IMG/VR virus record: IMGVR_UViG_3300032753_001573
Location: 64,001 to 128,000 of that record
Source: a virus
Direction: 5' to 3' (one strand)
Length of the DNA stretch: 64,000 nucleotides
How positions within the stretch are numbered: the first letter of the stretch is position 1; every line of letters begins with the position of its first letter. The translations under genes and the position numbers were made by a program. Positions 20,816-30,768 of the stretch are shown here, piece after piece. The notes below the pieces were generated by a model that was given only the letters and a program-made list of their open reading frames with translations, was not told the DNA's origin and did no database searches.

Positions 20816-21283
20816 ATGTCAAATCCTTTCCTATGTAGCCCAAAGCAGTTGGGTCAGCATTGGCGTTCAGTTAGAGCACAGCTCACAGCTGAAAAAACAG
20901 ATTTAGAACACCTAAATATAGTAACAGACTTTTGGAGACATGCACCAATATCGGCACCTTTCTTAGATTGGGATCATCCCAACACATGGCCAGATCCTTG
21001 GGAATTGATGTCAGAGATGTCATTTGATCCGAGTGCTATAGCGCTTGGAATGGAATATACTCTATTACTAGCTGAAGATCAGAGATGGAATTCAAACAGA
21101 TTAGAGTTGGATCTGTCATGTTTTGTTGACGGGTCGCAGCAATTAATAGTTCTATCGGTTGATAACACCTATTTCTTAAACATAGAATATGGTAAAGTAA
21201 CTATGGCAATAAATGCTGCGAAAGAGCTTGTTATACAACAGCGTTACCATTATATTAATAAGACTCACAAGTTTAAAGATTAG
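20816..21283 (+). CDS. Conserved hypothetical protein
   Basis: FW..AP...WPDPWEL motif. Confidence 0.6.
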   Translation: MSNPFLCSPKQLGQHWRSVRAQLTAEKTDLEHLNIVTDFWRHAPISAPFLDWDHPNTWPDPWELMSEMSFDPSAIALGMEYTLLLAEDQRWNSNRLELDLSCFVDGSQQLIVLSVDNTYFLNIEYGKVTMAINAAKELVIQQRYHYINKTHKFKD

Positions 21284-21409
21284 CTAAAGGTCTTAAAATA
21301 ATTTATAAACATGTACGAGAATATCATGATGAGGTGATGTAAATATGTGCTCAATGACGCAATACGTCATTCATGTTTTTCATCTCACGATTCTATAAGG
21401 AAGGTTCAA

Positions 21410-23059
21410 ATGTCACTGAGCAATAAGTCTGATATCATGGTTATCAAGAGAGAAGGCAGAAAAGAAACGTTAGATGTTGAAAAGTTACACAAAGTGGTAT
21501 TTTGGGCAACCGAAGGTATCAGCGGAGTTAGTGCAAGTGAAGTAGAAATTCGCAGCCAAATACAATTCTATCCTGGTATTACGACTACTGATATACAGGA
21601 AACTTTGATCAAAGCGGCTGCTGAGCTAATATCAGAAGAAACACCAAACTATCAATATGTAGCAGGGCGTTTAATTAACTATCATCTACGCAAACAAGTG
21701 TATGATCGATATGAGCCAAAAGGATTCTTAGACCATATCAAGAAAGTTATCAATGAAGGCTATTATGATCCAGAGATATTATCTTGGTATACAGAAGATG
21801 AAATCAAACACTTAGATTCTCATATCAATCACACTAGAGATTATGATATCACTTATGTAGGTATGGAACAGCTACGTGGCAAATATCTAGTAAAGAATCG
21901 CGTAACTGGACGCATCTACGAAACTCCGCAGATGGCATACATGCTGATAGCAATGGTGTTGTTCCGTCGTTATGGCGCAGATAGGCTAAAGTGGGTCAAA
22001 GATTTTTATGATGCTATCAGCACATTTGAGATCAGCTTACCAACTCCAATTATGGCAGGATTGAGAACACCTCAGAAGCAGTTTAGTTCCTGTGTGTTGA
22101 TTGAGACTGATGACAGCCTCGATAGTATCAGTGCTACTTCTAGCGCTATTGTCAAGTATGTGAGTCAGAAAGCTGGTATTGGAATTGGTGGCGGTCGTAT
22201 AAGAGCTATCAACAGTCCAATACGCAACGGAGATGCTAGCCATACTGGTGTAATTCCGTTCTACAAGCATTTCCAAAGTGCGGTAAAGAGTTGTTCTCAG
22301 GGAGGCGTTCGCGGCGGCGCGGCTACTCTGTACTATCCAATTTGGCACTTGGAAGTTGAAGACCTATTGGTCCTCAAGAATAACAAGGGCATTGAAGATA
22401 ACCGTATACGACACATGGATTACGGTGTTCAATTCAACAAGGTGATGTATGAGAGGTTATTGACTGGCGGTAACATAACCCTGTTTAGTCCTCACGACGT
22501 ACCAGATCTCTATGAAGCATTTTTTGTTGATGTTGATAAATTTAGAGATCTCTATGAAAAGTATGAACGCAGCAGTAAGGTAAGAAAAAAGTCTGTACCG
22601 GCTATAGAACTGTTTGGCAGTTTTATGCAGGAACGCAAGGACACCGGTCGTATCTATCTTATGAATGTAGATCATGCTAATGATCACGGGTCATTTATTA
22701 AAGAACTTGCTCCTATTAGACAGAGCAATTTGTGTCTAACAGGTGATTCTATGATTAACATCATGGGAACAGATGGTGCAATACAACATATCACACTTCA
22801 AAGCTTTGTAGAACAATACGAGCTTGGAGGAATGCATGGCGTTAAGGTTAAAAGTTACAACATAGATACTGATACAGTGACTTGGAATTTAGTAAGTAAT
22901 GCTGCAAAAACTGCAACGGTTACGACATTAATTGAAATTGAAGATGCGAGTGGTAAAATTATACGTTGTACTCCAGACCATCAGATTTTTACTAAAAATA
23001 GAGGATATGTTATGGCTAAAGACCTAAAAGAAACTGACGTGCTATGCACTGAAATATGA
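21410..23059 (+). CDS. nrdA: Ribonucleotide reductase class Ia alpha subunit, N-terminal part, fused to N-intein
   Basis: ATP-cone, PTPIMAG, FSSC, SQGGVRGG, then RQSNL followed by intein block A CLTGDS. Confidence 0.95.
   Translation: MSLSNKSDIMVIKREGRKETLDVEKLHKVVFWATEGISGVSASEVEIRSQIQFYPGITTTDIQETLIKAAAELISEETPNYQYVAGRLINYHLRKQVYDRYEPKGFLDHIKKVINEGYYDPEILSWYTEDEIKHLDSHINHTRDYDITYVGMEQLRGKYLVKNRVTGRIYETPQMAYMLIAMVLFRRYGADRLKWVKDFYDAISTFEISLPTPIMAGLRTPQKQFSSCVLIETDDSLDSISATSSAIVKYVSQKAGIGIGGGRIRAINSPIRNGDASHTGVIPFYKHFQSAVKSCSQGGVRGGAATLYYPIWHLEVEDLLVLKNNKGIEDNRIRHMDYGVQFNKVMYERLLTGGNITLFSPHDVPDLYEAFFVDVDKFRDLYEKYERSSKVRKKSVPAIELFGSFMQERKDTGRIYLMNVDHANDHGSFIKELAPIRQSNLCLTGDSMINIMGTDGAIQHITLQSFVEQYELGGMHGVKVKSYNIDTDTVTWNLVSNAAKTATVTTLIEIEDASGKIIRCTPDHQIFTKNRGYVMAKDLKETDVLCTEI
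22733..23056 (+). mobile_element. Split intein, N-terminal half (108 aa)
   Basis: Starts at Cys (CLTGDS), contains block B CTPDH and ends DLKETDVL before a stop codon. Confidence 0.93.
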
Positions 23060-23068
23060 TTACCAACA

Positions 23069-23099
23069 TAAATACATGCAACGGAGAGGTTGCATGTAT
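23069..23099 (+). promoter_or_regulatory. Late promoter TAAATA overlapping an 11-bp hairpin that sequesters the HNH start codon
   Basis: ATACATGCAAC-GGAGAG-GTTGCATGTAT perfect stem, ATG at 23094 in the 3' arm. Confidence 0.8.
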
Positions 23100-24050
23100 A
23101 AGTTGCTGTATAAAGATATTATTGATAATGCTAAAGCTGAAAATAGGATTAAAAAACCTAGAGTATATTATGAATGGCATCATATCGTTCCAGATTTTTT
23201 ATTCAAACATCGATCAAGACGTGGGCCATCGGGGCATTTAGATGGTAATCCTAATTCAGTTGATAACTTAGTATTATTAACTTTCAAAGAACATCTTATG
23301 GCACATTACTATCTATATGAAATATACAAAGATACTAGATATGGTTATGCAGCAGGATCTGCATTGCAATTCTTTTATACAAAAGCTACAGGTAAACACA
23401 AAAGACAACAGAATTTATCTAAACCAGATGAAGAGTTTTTAAATGAAATGTTGCATTTAAGAGAAATTGGTATAAAAAGTATCTCTGCTGCAAAATCTGG
23501 TAAGATGCCAGCCGTTGACGCACATACTAGGGAAAAGATTGGATCTGTACCAGTAGATCATCCAAAGGTAATATCGGGTGAATGGATTCATCATTCGAAA
23601 GGACAACCTTATAAAGGAATCTTAAAAGATCAAAAAGGGTCTAACAACAATAATTTTAGAGAAATGACTTTTCAACGCAAGGAACGATTATTCGATTGCG
23701 TCTCAAAATCATTGATTGACGGTAACTATTTGTCAATAAAGGCGTTGGTGCAAAATTTAAAAGAAGAATTTACCGAATTTAAAAAAATATCATTGGTTTG
23801 GGTGTGTAATAATTTTGGTAACATTAATAATTTAGTAGACGAATTCAACAAGGCGCGCGGTAGATCTATTGTATATTTCAGTTATTATAGAGGTAAAAAT
23901 CAGCGTGCCGTGTTAAGGAACCATAGCTTAAACTATGTGTGGGTTACTAACGGGTATACCAATACAAAGATTAGACTAGATGAGATTGATGAATATCTAA
24001 ATAATAATCCAGCATATACGAGAGGTAGAATTAACTATGATAAAGATTAG
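23094..24050 (+). CDS. Free-standing HNH homing endonuclease between the intein halves
   Basis: YYEWHHIVP...NLVLLTFKEHLMAH motif; lower GC than nrdA. Confidence 0.85.
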   Translation: MYKLLYKDIIDNAKAENRIKKPRVYYEWHHIVPDFLFKHRSRRGPSGHLDGNPNSVDNLVLLTFKEHLMAHYYLYEIYKDTRYGYAAGSALQFFYTKATGKHKRQQNLSKPDEEFLNEMLHLREIGIKSISAAKSGKMPAVDAHTREKIGSVPVDHPKVISGEWIHHSKGQPYKGILKDQKGSNNNNFREMTFQRKERLFDCVSKSLIDGNYLSIKALVQNLKEEFTEFKKISLVWVCNNFGNINNLVDEFNKARGRSIVYFSYYRGKNQRAVLRNHSLNYVWVTNGYTNTKIRLDEIDEYLNNNPAYTRGRINYDKD

Positions 24051-24138
24051 AACTATAGAGATTAACCCAACTGATGTATACGACATTACTGTTCCAGAAA
24101 CCTCATGTTTCTTTGCTAATGATATATTAGTTCACAAC
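24037..24138 (+). mobile_element. Split intein, C-terminal half (34 aa)
   Basis: MIKI...DVYDITV...FFANDILVHN (blocks F and G), followed by Cys+1. Confidence 0.93.
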
Positions 24139-25122
24139 TGTGCCGAGATCAGCTTACCAACTAAGCCGCTCAATGATATTAAAGATCCAGACGGAGAGAT
24201 TTCACTTTGTACCCTAGCTGCCGTAAATTGGGGCAAGATACGAGATCCACATGATTTTGAGCGTCCTTGTACTTTGGCTGTACGTGCGCTGGACGAACTG
24301 CTGGATTATCAGGACTATCCGGTACTTGCAGCTCGCAACTCAACTATGGCACGTAGACCACTTGGTATTGGTATTATCAATTTGGCCTATTGGTTGGCTA
24401 AGAATGATTTGAGCTATCAGGGCATCACAACAGATGGCCTAACCAAATTGCACAATTACACTGAAGCATGGAGCTACTATCTAATCAAGGCCAGCGTTGA
24501 TCTAGCCAAAGAGAAAGGTGCATGTCCAAAGAGCAATGAGACCAAATATGCTCAAGGTATTATGCCAATTGATACATACAAGCGCGATGTTGATGAGCTC
24601 GTAAATCCTATTTACAAGTTGGATTGGGATGCGTTGAGATCTGATGCAGTGGCATATGGCATCCGCAATAGCACGCTTATGGCATTGATGCCAGCAGAAA
24701 CATCTGCACAGATCAGCAACAGCACCAATGGTATTGAACCACCTCGCAGTTTGATAAGCATCAAGCAGAGCAAGGATGGGGTGCTCAAGCAGGTAGTTCC
24801 AGAGATACGTAGGCTCAAGAACAAGTATGATTTACTCTGGGATCAGAAAAGCCCAGTTGGGTATTTGAAGATCTGTGCAATTTTGCAGAAGTTCATTGAC
24901 CAATGTATAAGTGTAAATACATCATATAATCCCAAGCACTATGCAGAAGAGCAGATACCAATGAGCGAAATGCTACAACATTTGTTAATGCATTACAAGT
25001 GGGGAGGCAAGACTTTGTATTATTTCAACACCATGGACGGTGCTGGTGAAATTGATGTGAAGCTGCCAGAGCTAGCTGCAGGACAAGTTGACGACGAAAA
25101 TTGTGAAAGTTGCACTATATAA
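24037..25122 (+). CDS. nrdA: C-intein fused to ribonucleotide reductase alpha subunit C-terminal part
   Basis: HN|CAEISLP restores the NLCxE active site; MPAETS, KTLYY and C-terminal CESC redox pair. Confidence 0.95.
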   Translation: MIKIRTIEINPTDVYDITVPETSCFFANDILVHNCAEISLPTKPLNDIKDPDGEISLCTLAAVNWGKIRDPHDFERPCTLAVRALDELLDYQDYPVLAARNSTMARRPLGIGIINLAYWLAKNDLSYQGITTDGLTKLHNYTEAWSYYLIKASVDLAKEKGACPKSNETKYAQGIMPIDTYKRDVDELVNPIYKLDWDALRSDAVAYGIRNSTLMALMPAETSAQISNSTNGIEPPRSLISIKQSKDGVLKQVVPEIRRLKNKYDLLWDQKSPVGYLKICAILQKFIDQCISVNTSYNPKHYAEEQIPMSEMLQHLLMHYKWGGKTLYYFNTMDGAGEIDVKLPELAAGQVDDENCESCTI

Positions 25123-25125
25123 AAG

Positions 25126-26733
25126 ATGTTTAGTTATGTAGAATGGTTTAAAGAAACTCTCTTTAATGCTCGAGGAAAATTAAATCCTCGAGCAAGCTCG
25201 CCAGTCTGGTGGTCAAATTTTACAGATCAATATGTTGATTTTAAAGAATCAACTATTTGGCTAGATGCAGAAAGTAGCTTTGCAGAAAGATCTTATTGTT
25301 ATATCAATCTTTTAACAGAAAGACCAACTTGTAAGGTTTGTTCAAATTTTGTAAAGTACAGCAAAGTTAAGAGGGGGTATAGCGAATATTGTAGCTCCGG
25401 GTGTGTGACCAAAGACAAGTCTATATTGGAAAAAAGATGTAGAACTATGGTGGACAGATACGGATATGTGAAAAATTTTTCATCTGAAAAACACAGATCT
25501 GTCGCACAAGTTGCAATTGAAGAAAAATGGGGTGTTGATCATCCTATGAAGTCTCAAATATTGATAGACAAGTTAAAAAACAAACATATCAACAAATATG
25601 GAAGTCATTATACTCAAACTGAAGAATATCAGCAGAAACGTAAAAAAACTTGTATTGAAAAATACGGGGAAGACAGCCATATGAAGTTGCCCGCCTTTCG
25701 TGATACAATTGGAAATTTGAATCGTAAATTAACCGATAAAATAAAAGATGAAATAAAGCATGATTACACGTCTGGCATGGCAAAACAGACATTATCTGAA
25801 AAATATGACATCAGTTTGAGTCATATGAACAAGATTTTAACTCTTATGGGGTTAGAAACAGATCTTCCTCAGAACAAAATAAATTATAACAAATGTTGGA
25901 AATCTTCTGCTGAGTTAGAACTAGTACATTGGTTAACAGAATTTTATCGCGGTCAAATACTGACTAGTCAAAGGTCACTGATATGGCCCTACGAGGTTGA
26001 CATTTATTTGCCAGAGATCAAACTAGCAATTGAATTCAACGGTACATATTGGCATTCTGATATATTCAAAGATCGCAATTATCACAAAAACAAAATTGAA
26101 AAACTAGAATCAATTGGCATAGATTGCGTTATGATATTTGAAAATATTTGGAATGACAGGAAGGACCTAATAAAAAGTAAACTGCTATCAAAGATATTGA
26201 AGTTACCTTCTATAGGTGCTAGAAAGTGTATCATTAAACCAATAGATTATAAGATATTGTCTGAATTTACAGAAATCTATCATTTGCAAGGGTCCAGAAC
26301 TAGTAGAATAAATTACGGTGCATATAACCAAGGCGAACTTGTTGCTTGTGCATCATTTAATAAATTCAGAGATGGGTTAGAGTTGGTTAGATTTTGCTCC
26401 AAACAAAGAGTTGTGGGTCTATTACCAAAAATTTTAAAATATCTTAAGATTTCATTTAATGGTCCTGTTTATTCATTTGCTAACAGGTGTTACACTTACA
26501 GATATAAGAATTTATACTCGATGAATGGATTTTCTGAGATTGACGTAACTGACCCCAATTATTATTATGTAAAAGGCAAAACAGTTCTAACTAGAAATGC
26601 TTGTATGAAACACAAGTTATGTAATTTTTTAGAAAATTTTGATCCAAATATATCTGAATACGAAAATATGAAAAAAGATGGTTGGCATAGATATTGGGAT
26701 TGTGGTAATATACTTTACAAGATAGATATATAA
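25126..26733 (+). CDS. Putative homing endonuclease (Vsr/DUF559-like nuclease with Hef-like C-terminus)
   Basis: Zn motif CKVC..YCSSGC, repeated KYG modules, EVDIYLP..LAIEFNGTYWHS, ARKC, RYWDCG; inserted between nrdA and nrdB. Confidence 0.75.
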   Translation: MFSYVEWFKETLFNARGKLNPRASSPVWWSNFTDQYVDFKESTIWLDAESSFAERSYCYINLLTERPTCKVCSNFVKYSKVKRGYSEYCSSGCVTKDKSILEKRCRTMVDRYGYVKNFSSEKHRSVAQVAIEEKWGVDHPMKSQILIDKLKNKHINKYGSHYTQTEEYQQKRKKTCIEKYGEDSHMKLPAFRDTIGNLNRKLTDKIKDEIKHDYTSGMAKQTLSEKYDISLSHMNKILTLMGLETDLPQNKINYNKCWKSSAELELVHWLTEFYRGQILTSQRSLIWPYEVDIYLPEIKLAIEFNGTYWHSDIFKDRNYHKNKIEKLESIGIDCVMIFENIWNDRKDLIKSKLLSKILKLPSIGARKCIIKPIDYKILSEFTEIYHLQGSRTSRINYGAYNQGELVACASFNKFRDGLELVRFCSKQRVVGLLPKILKYLKISFNGPVYSFANRCYTYRYKNLYSMNGFSEIDVTDPNYYYVKGKTVLTRNACMKHKLCNFLENFDPNISEYENMKKDGWHRYWDCGNILYKIDI

Positions 26734-26745
26734 GGGAACATAGAC

Positions 26746-27843
26746 ATGTCATACAGCGTTTTTGATTCTAATAACAAAAAGGATGCTACCAAGGTGCGAG
26801 CGTTCTTTGACGATCCTGTCACTATCGCGAGATATGATAGGCAAAAGTATCCGTTTTTAGAAAAACTCACTGAAAAACAATTGTCATTTTTCTGGCGGCC
26901 GGAAGAAATTGAAATCTATCGCGATGCTAAGGATTTCAAAGCATTGACGTCTCATGAACAGCATATTTTCACCAGCAACCTCAAGAGACAGATATTGTTA
27001 GACAGTGTACAGGGCCGCGCACCAACTTTAGCGTTTGGTCCAATTTGCAGTCTACCAGAGTTAGAAAATTGGATTTTGACTTGGGCGTTTTCTGAGAGTA
27101 TTCATAGCCGTAGTTATACATATATCATTCGTAACGTTTATCCAGACCCCAGCAAGATCTTTGATGAACTCTTAGATATACAGGAAATTGTAGATTGTGC
27201 AGGTGATATTAGCGAATGTTATGATCAGCTTATCAATCTAAATCAAATGCAAACTCTAGATCATCTATCTGAGAAGGAATATGAACACAAGAAGGCACTT
27301 TGGTTGTCATTGATGAGTGTTAATATTTTAGAAGGTGTGAGATTCTATGTGAGCTTTGCTTGCAGTTGGGCATTTGCTGAACTCAAGAAGATGGAAGGCA
27401 ACGCTAAGATCATCAAGTTTATTGCACGAGATGAGAATCTGCATCTAGCTGGTACTCAACAGTTGCTGAAAGTGTTACCTCAAGATGATCCAGACTTTGT
27501 TGCTATCCGCGAAGAGACTAAAGATCAAAGTATCAAAATGTTTATTGATGCTGTGAATCAAGAGAAAGTTTGGGCACATTATCTATTCAAAGATGGTAGT
27601 ATGATTGGACTTAATGAGCAGTTGCTGAACGATTATATTGATTGGATTGCCAACAAGCGCATGACTGCGGTTGGATTGCCTACTCCTTATAAGGGCGGTA
27701 GCAATCCTCTACCATGGACACAGAAGTGGATAGCTGGTAGTGAGGTACAGGTGGCACCTCAGCAAACGCAAATTTCTTCTTATACTGTAGGTGGTGTCAA
27801 GAAAGATGCCAGTGTAGACAGCTTCAAAGGATTTAGTCTATAA
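26746..27843 (+). CDS. nrdB: Ribonucleotide reductase class Ia beta subunit
   Basis: FFWRPEE, LDSVQGR, ESIHSRSY (radical Tyr), EGVRFY, RDENLH. Confidence 0.97.
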   Translation: MSYSVFDSNNKKDATKVRAFFDDPVTIARYDRQKYPFLEKLTEKQLSFFWRPEEIEIYRDAKDFKALTSHEQHIFTSNLKRQILLDSVQGRAPTLAFGPICSLPELENWILTWAFSESIHSRSYTYIIRNVYPDPSKIFDELLDIQEIVDCAGDISECYDQLINLNQMQTLDHLSEKEYEHKKALWLSLMSVNILEGVRFYVSFACSWAFAELKKMEGNAKIIKFIARDENLHLAGTQQLLKVLPQDDPDFVAIREETKDQSIKMFIDAVNQEKVWAHYLFKDGSMIGLNEQLLNDYIDWIANKRMTAVGLPTPYKGGSNPLPWTQKWIAGSEVQVAPQQTQISSYTVGGVKKDASVDSFKGFSL

Positions 27844-27846
27844 TTT

Positions 27847-28209
27847 ATGTGGACTATACCTATTGAAATAACACATGATATTATTGACTTCTGCCAAAAA
27901 TTAAATTGTGATTGGGTGGGAATGGTTCCAGTTGAATATCATGCTGCATACGATTATGGTAATTGTCATAACAGTGTTCATACACATGTGTCAATATACG
28001 GTGGTAGATCTGTGATTGGTTGGTATATTGTATCTGGTTTTGACACCTTACAGGCTGTACGACACACAGTATGGCAGACACCTGATAATGAGCTAATTGA
28101 CATCATACCTTATAAAGATAAAAGAACATATTGCGTTTTTGTTAGAAGCAAATCGCAAGAAAAAGATTACAGCATTAGTTGTTGTTTTAGTTGTGACATG
28201 CTAAAATAA
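27847..28209 (+). CDS. Hypothetical protein (possible Cys-His-Asp transglutaminase-like fold)
   Basis: CHNSV...GW...HTVW...DI pattern. Confidence 0.5.
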   Translation: MWTIPIEITHDIIDFCQKLNCDWVGMVPVEYHAAYDYGNCHNSVHTHVSIYGGRSVIGWYIVSGFDTLQAVRHTVWQTPDNELIDIIPYKDKRTYCVFVRSKSQEKDYSISCCFSCDMLK

Positions 28210-28213
28210 ATAA

Positions 28214-28882
28214 ATGATAAAACTAGTACCGATGACTTTGGCTATGATCACCAGTAGAACTTCTTTTAACGAGTCCTGGTTGACAGAAATGCCAGAAGGA
28301 GTTGGATCTTTTGAATTGTTTGATATGTTAGAATACCGTATCAAACAGCTCGCAGCTTCTAGCAGCACAGTAATTGATCTTGGCAATAATCTAAAAAAGA
28401 TAGACGGCAACCAAGTTAAATTTTATTGGTATGAGAAAAATGGTGACATTGTCTTAGCAATAGAATTATCAGTTTCTCAACAATCTCTAACGGTAAATGC
28501 TACAGGAAAAAATCCAAAATATAAAGGCTGTCCACCTTTTGCATCAGATCTATATGATGCAATTCTCAAAGATACTGATCGTAGTATTAGAATAATGAGC
28601 GATACTCAGTTAAGTGATGAGGGATACGACATATGGAAGCGATTGTTTAATCAGGGGCATAAGATATCGGTTTATGATAGATTAAATCCAACAAAGACAT
28701 TTCACACATTTAAAAATCTATCAGATTTAGATAACTTTTTCAAAAAAGATGACAGTGATTATAGTCGTTATCAATTTGTCCTAAGTGAATCACGTGAAAT
28801 GTTTGCAGAAATGCAAAGTTTTTTCAATACAAGACGGTATAGAGAATTAGCAGGTTTATCTCTTGATGACAACTGTGAGTAA
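28214..28882 (+). CDS. Hypothetical protein
   Basis: SDTQLSDEGYDIWKRL motif; TAAATA upstream. Confidence 0.55.
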   Translation: MIKLVPMTLAMITSRTSFNESWLTEMPEGVGSFELFDMLEYRIKQLAASSSTVIDLGNNLKKIDGNQVKFYWYEKNGDIVLAIELSVSQQSLTVNATGKNPKYKGCPPFASDLYDAILKDTDRSIRIMSDTQLSDEGYDIWKRLFNQGHKISVYDRLNPTKTFHTFKNLSDLDNFFKKDDSDYSRYQFVLSESREMFAEMQSFFNTRRYRELAGLSLDDNCE

Positions 28883-28883
28883 C

Positions 28884-29579
28884 ATGAAGGTAGCAGTAGT
28901 TACACCTTATTACCAAGAGTCCGAAGAGATCCTAACACGTTGCCACGACAGTGTGATGTCTCAAATAGATGCAAATGTTACTCATATCATGGTAGCTGAC
29001 GGTTATCCCAATTGGATATGTGATACATGGCAAATTCAACATATTAGAATGCCTAACAGTCACTCTGATGCCGGTGCAACACCCAGAGCAATTGGAGCAC
29101 TCAGCGCATTCAGTCAACAATTTGATGCAGTTGCATTTTTAGATGCAGACAATTGGTATGAACCCTATCATATCAGTGAAATGGTAGACAACATGGCAGC
29201 TAACGCTAGCGATGCTGTAATTGCTACTCGCACTATACATGCACTAGACGGTTCACCTTTATATGTTGATGATATAGAAAGTAATGGTGAGAACACTGTT
29301 GATACCAACAGTTGGTTCCTAGGTAAAAAAACTGTTAGATTGATGAGCTTTTGGATAACTGATCCTGCACAGCGGTTAGTTAGCGATAAGGTGTTCTTTC
29401 ATGCTTGTAAAATCAATAACGTAAAAATATCTAGGTGTCATAAACCAACTGTTGCATATGTAACACATTGGGGATGGCATTATCGACAAGCTGGTAAACC
29501 AATACCGCTTGATTCGGTTTGGATTGATACTGATCAATTTGGTAACTATATACATATTAAAGAAAGAGATAGGAGATAG
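28884..29579 (+). CDS. Glycosyltransferase family 2-like
   Basis: VVTPY, VADG, FLDADNW (DxD). Confidence 0.8.
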   Translation: MKVAVVTPYYQESEEILTRCHDSVMSQIDANVTHIMVADGYPNWICDTWQIQHIRMPNSHSDAGATPRAIGALSAFSQQFDAVAFLDADNWYEPYHISEMVDNMAANASDAVIATRTIHALDGSPLYVDDIESNGENTVDTNSWFLGKKTVRLMSFWITDPAQRLVSDKVFFHACKINNVKISRCHKPTVAYVTHWGWHYRQAGKPIPLDSVWIDTDQFGNYIHIKERDRR

Positions 29580-29582
29580 ATC

Positions 29583-29852
29583 GTGAAAGCAGTCATTTAC
29601 ACCAAAGACAACTGCCCATATTGCACTAGGGCCAAGGCACTATTGAATAGCAAGGGTGTTACTTATGAAGAGCGCATACTGGATGTGTACGGTAGAGATG
29701 ATAGAGCTTTAACTGAAAGTCAACATTGGGTTACTAGAGATGACCTTCTAGCAGCATACCCTGCTGCAAAAACAGTTCCGCAGATTTGGTTAGATGATCT
29801 ACATATTGGAGGCTTTACTGATCTAGATGCATGGTTTAAAGAACACGGCTAA
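29583..29852 (+). CDS. grx: Glutaredoxin
   Basis: CPYC, TVPQI, IGGFTDL; downstream of nrdAB. Confidence 0.93.
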   Translation: MKAVIYTKDNCPYCTRAKALLNSKGVTYEERILDVYGRDDRALTESQHWVTRDDLLAAYPAAKTVPQIWLDDLHIGGFTDLDAWFKEHG

Positions 29853-29895
29853 TTTTTAAGATAAATAACATAGCATTTAAGTTAAGAGGAGTGCT

Positions 29896-30702
29896 ATGCC
29901 GTTAAATCCCCCAGCCTATTTAGGTCAAGATGTTTGGTACAGTCCAAATGTTTATGCCAATATGTCTCCTGTTGCGTTGTGGAAGCCGCCACTTAATCAA
30001 AATAGTATTTTGTATAGGTTTACTTTGCCTGAACCAAGTGCAGCTCCTGCACCTGATCCAGGTTTTGCGTCGTCTTATAATGCTGCATTTTTACAACAAC
30101 ATCCTGATGCAGAAGACGGAGGTATACCTGCTTCCCCCGGTGCATCTTCTAACAATCCAAACGGTGTGGTCCCGCCAAACCCAACTAGTTTAAAGTTACC
30201 TCCTGGACAAACACCGTACGGGACATTAATAAGCAATTTGAACGGAACATATAATCAAAGAAATCTATGGGACGGCAGTGGTGGCGCTACACCTGAGATT
30301 ACTAAAGCATTCAGCGATATAGGATGTGGTGTATCACCGTTTGAATGGTGTGCTGCATATGTTGGATCAATGTTATATAGGTCCGGGATTGGAGGTTTGA
30401 AGAGTTCAAACGCATTCGATTGGGAGAAGTTTGGCAAACCGATACCAACACAAGATACAAAACAATGGAGAACAGGTGACATAGCTGTTTGGAGTTATGG
30501 TCACGTTAACTTCATACTTGCTCCTAGCAGCGGCGGCAGTGCGTTTTATCAAGGTGGTAATCAAAGGATTTATGGTTCAAATCGTCAAATTCTTAAAGAA
30601 CATCAACTTACGCGAGGCCATAATAGTGTTAACCAAATAATAGCTCTCCGCAGGGGTTGGGAAGTACCTGACAGCGTTACAGGACCGTTGATCACCGGTT
30701 AA
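29896..30702 (+). CDS. Late NlpC/P60-CHAP-like (TIGR02594-type) peptidoglycan hydrolase, probably virion-associated
   Basis: WCAAYV, GHVNF, QGGNQ; late promoter and GAGGAG SD. Confidence 0.7.
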   Translation: MPLNPPAYLGQDVWYSPNVYANMSPVALWKPPLNQNSILYRFTLPEPSAAPAPDPGFASSYNAAFLQQHPDAEDGGIPASPGASSNNPNGVVPPNPTSLKLPPGQTPYGTLISNLNGTYNQRNLWDGSGGATPEITKAFSDIGCGVSPFEWCAAYVGSMLYRSGIGGLKSSNAFDWEKFGKPIPTQDTKQWRTGDIAVWSYGHVNFILAPSSGGSAFYQGGNQRIYGSNRQILKEHQLTRGHNSVNQIIALRRGWEVPDSVTGPLITG

Positions 30703-30768
30703 GTATCTTGCAATATATATCAATGGTGGTGCATAATATGTTATACAATATAAATTATTGGAGACAAC

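Noticed and set aside
23060-24036. Group I intron interrupting nrdA
   Set aside because: No recognisable catalytic core or room for one. Flanks are complete intein N and C halves with their own stop and start.
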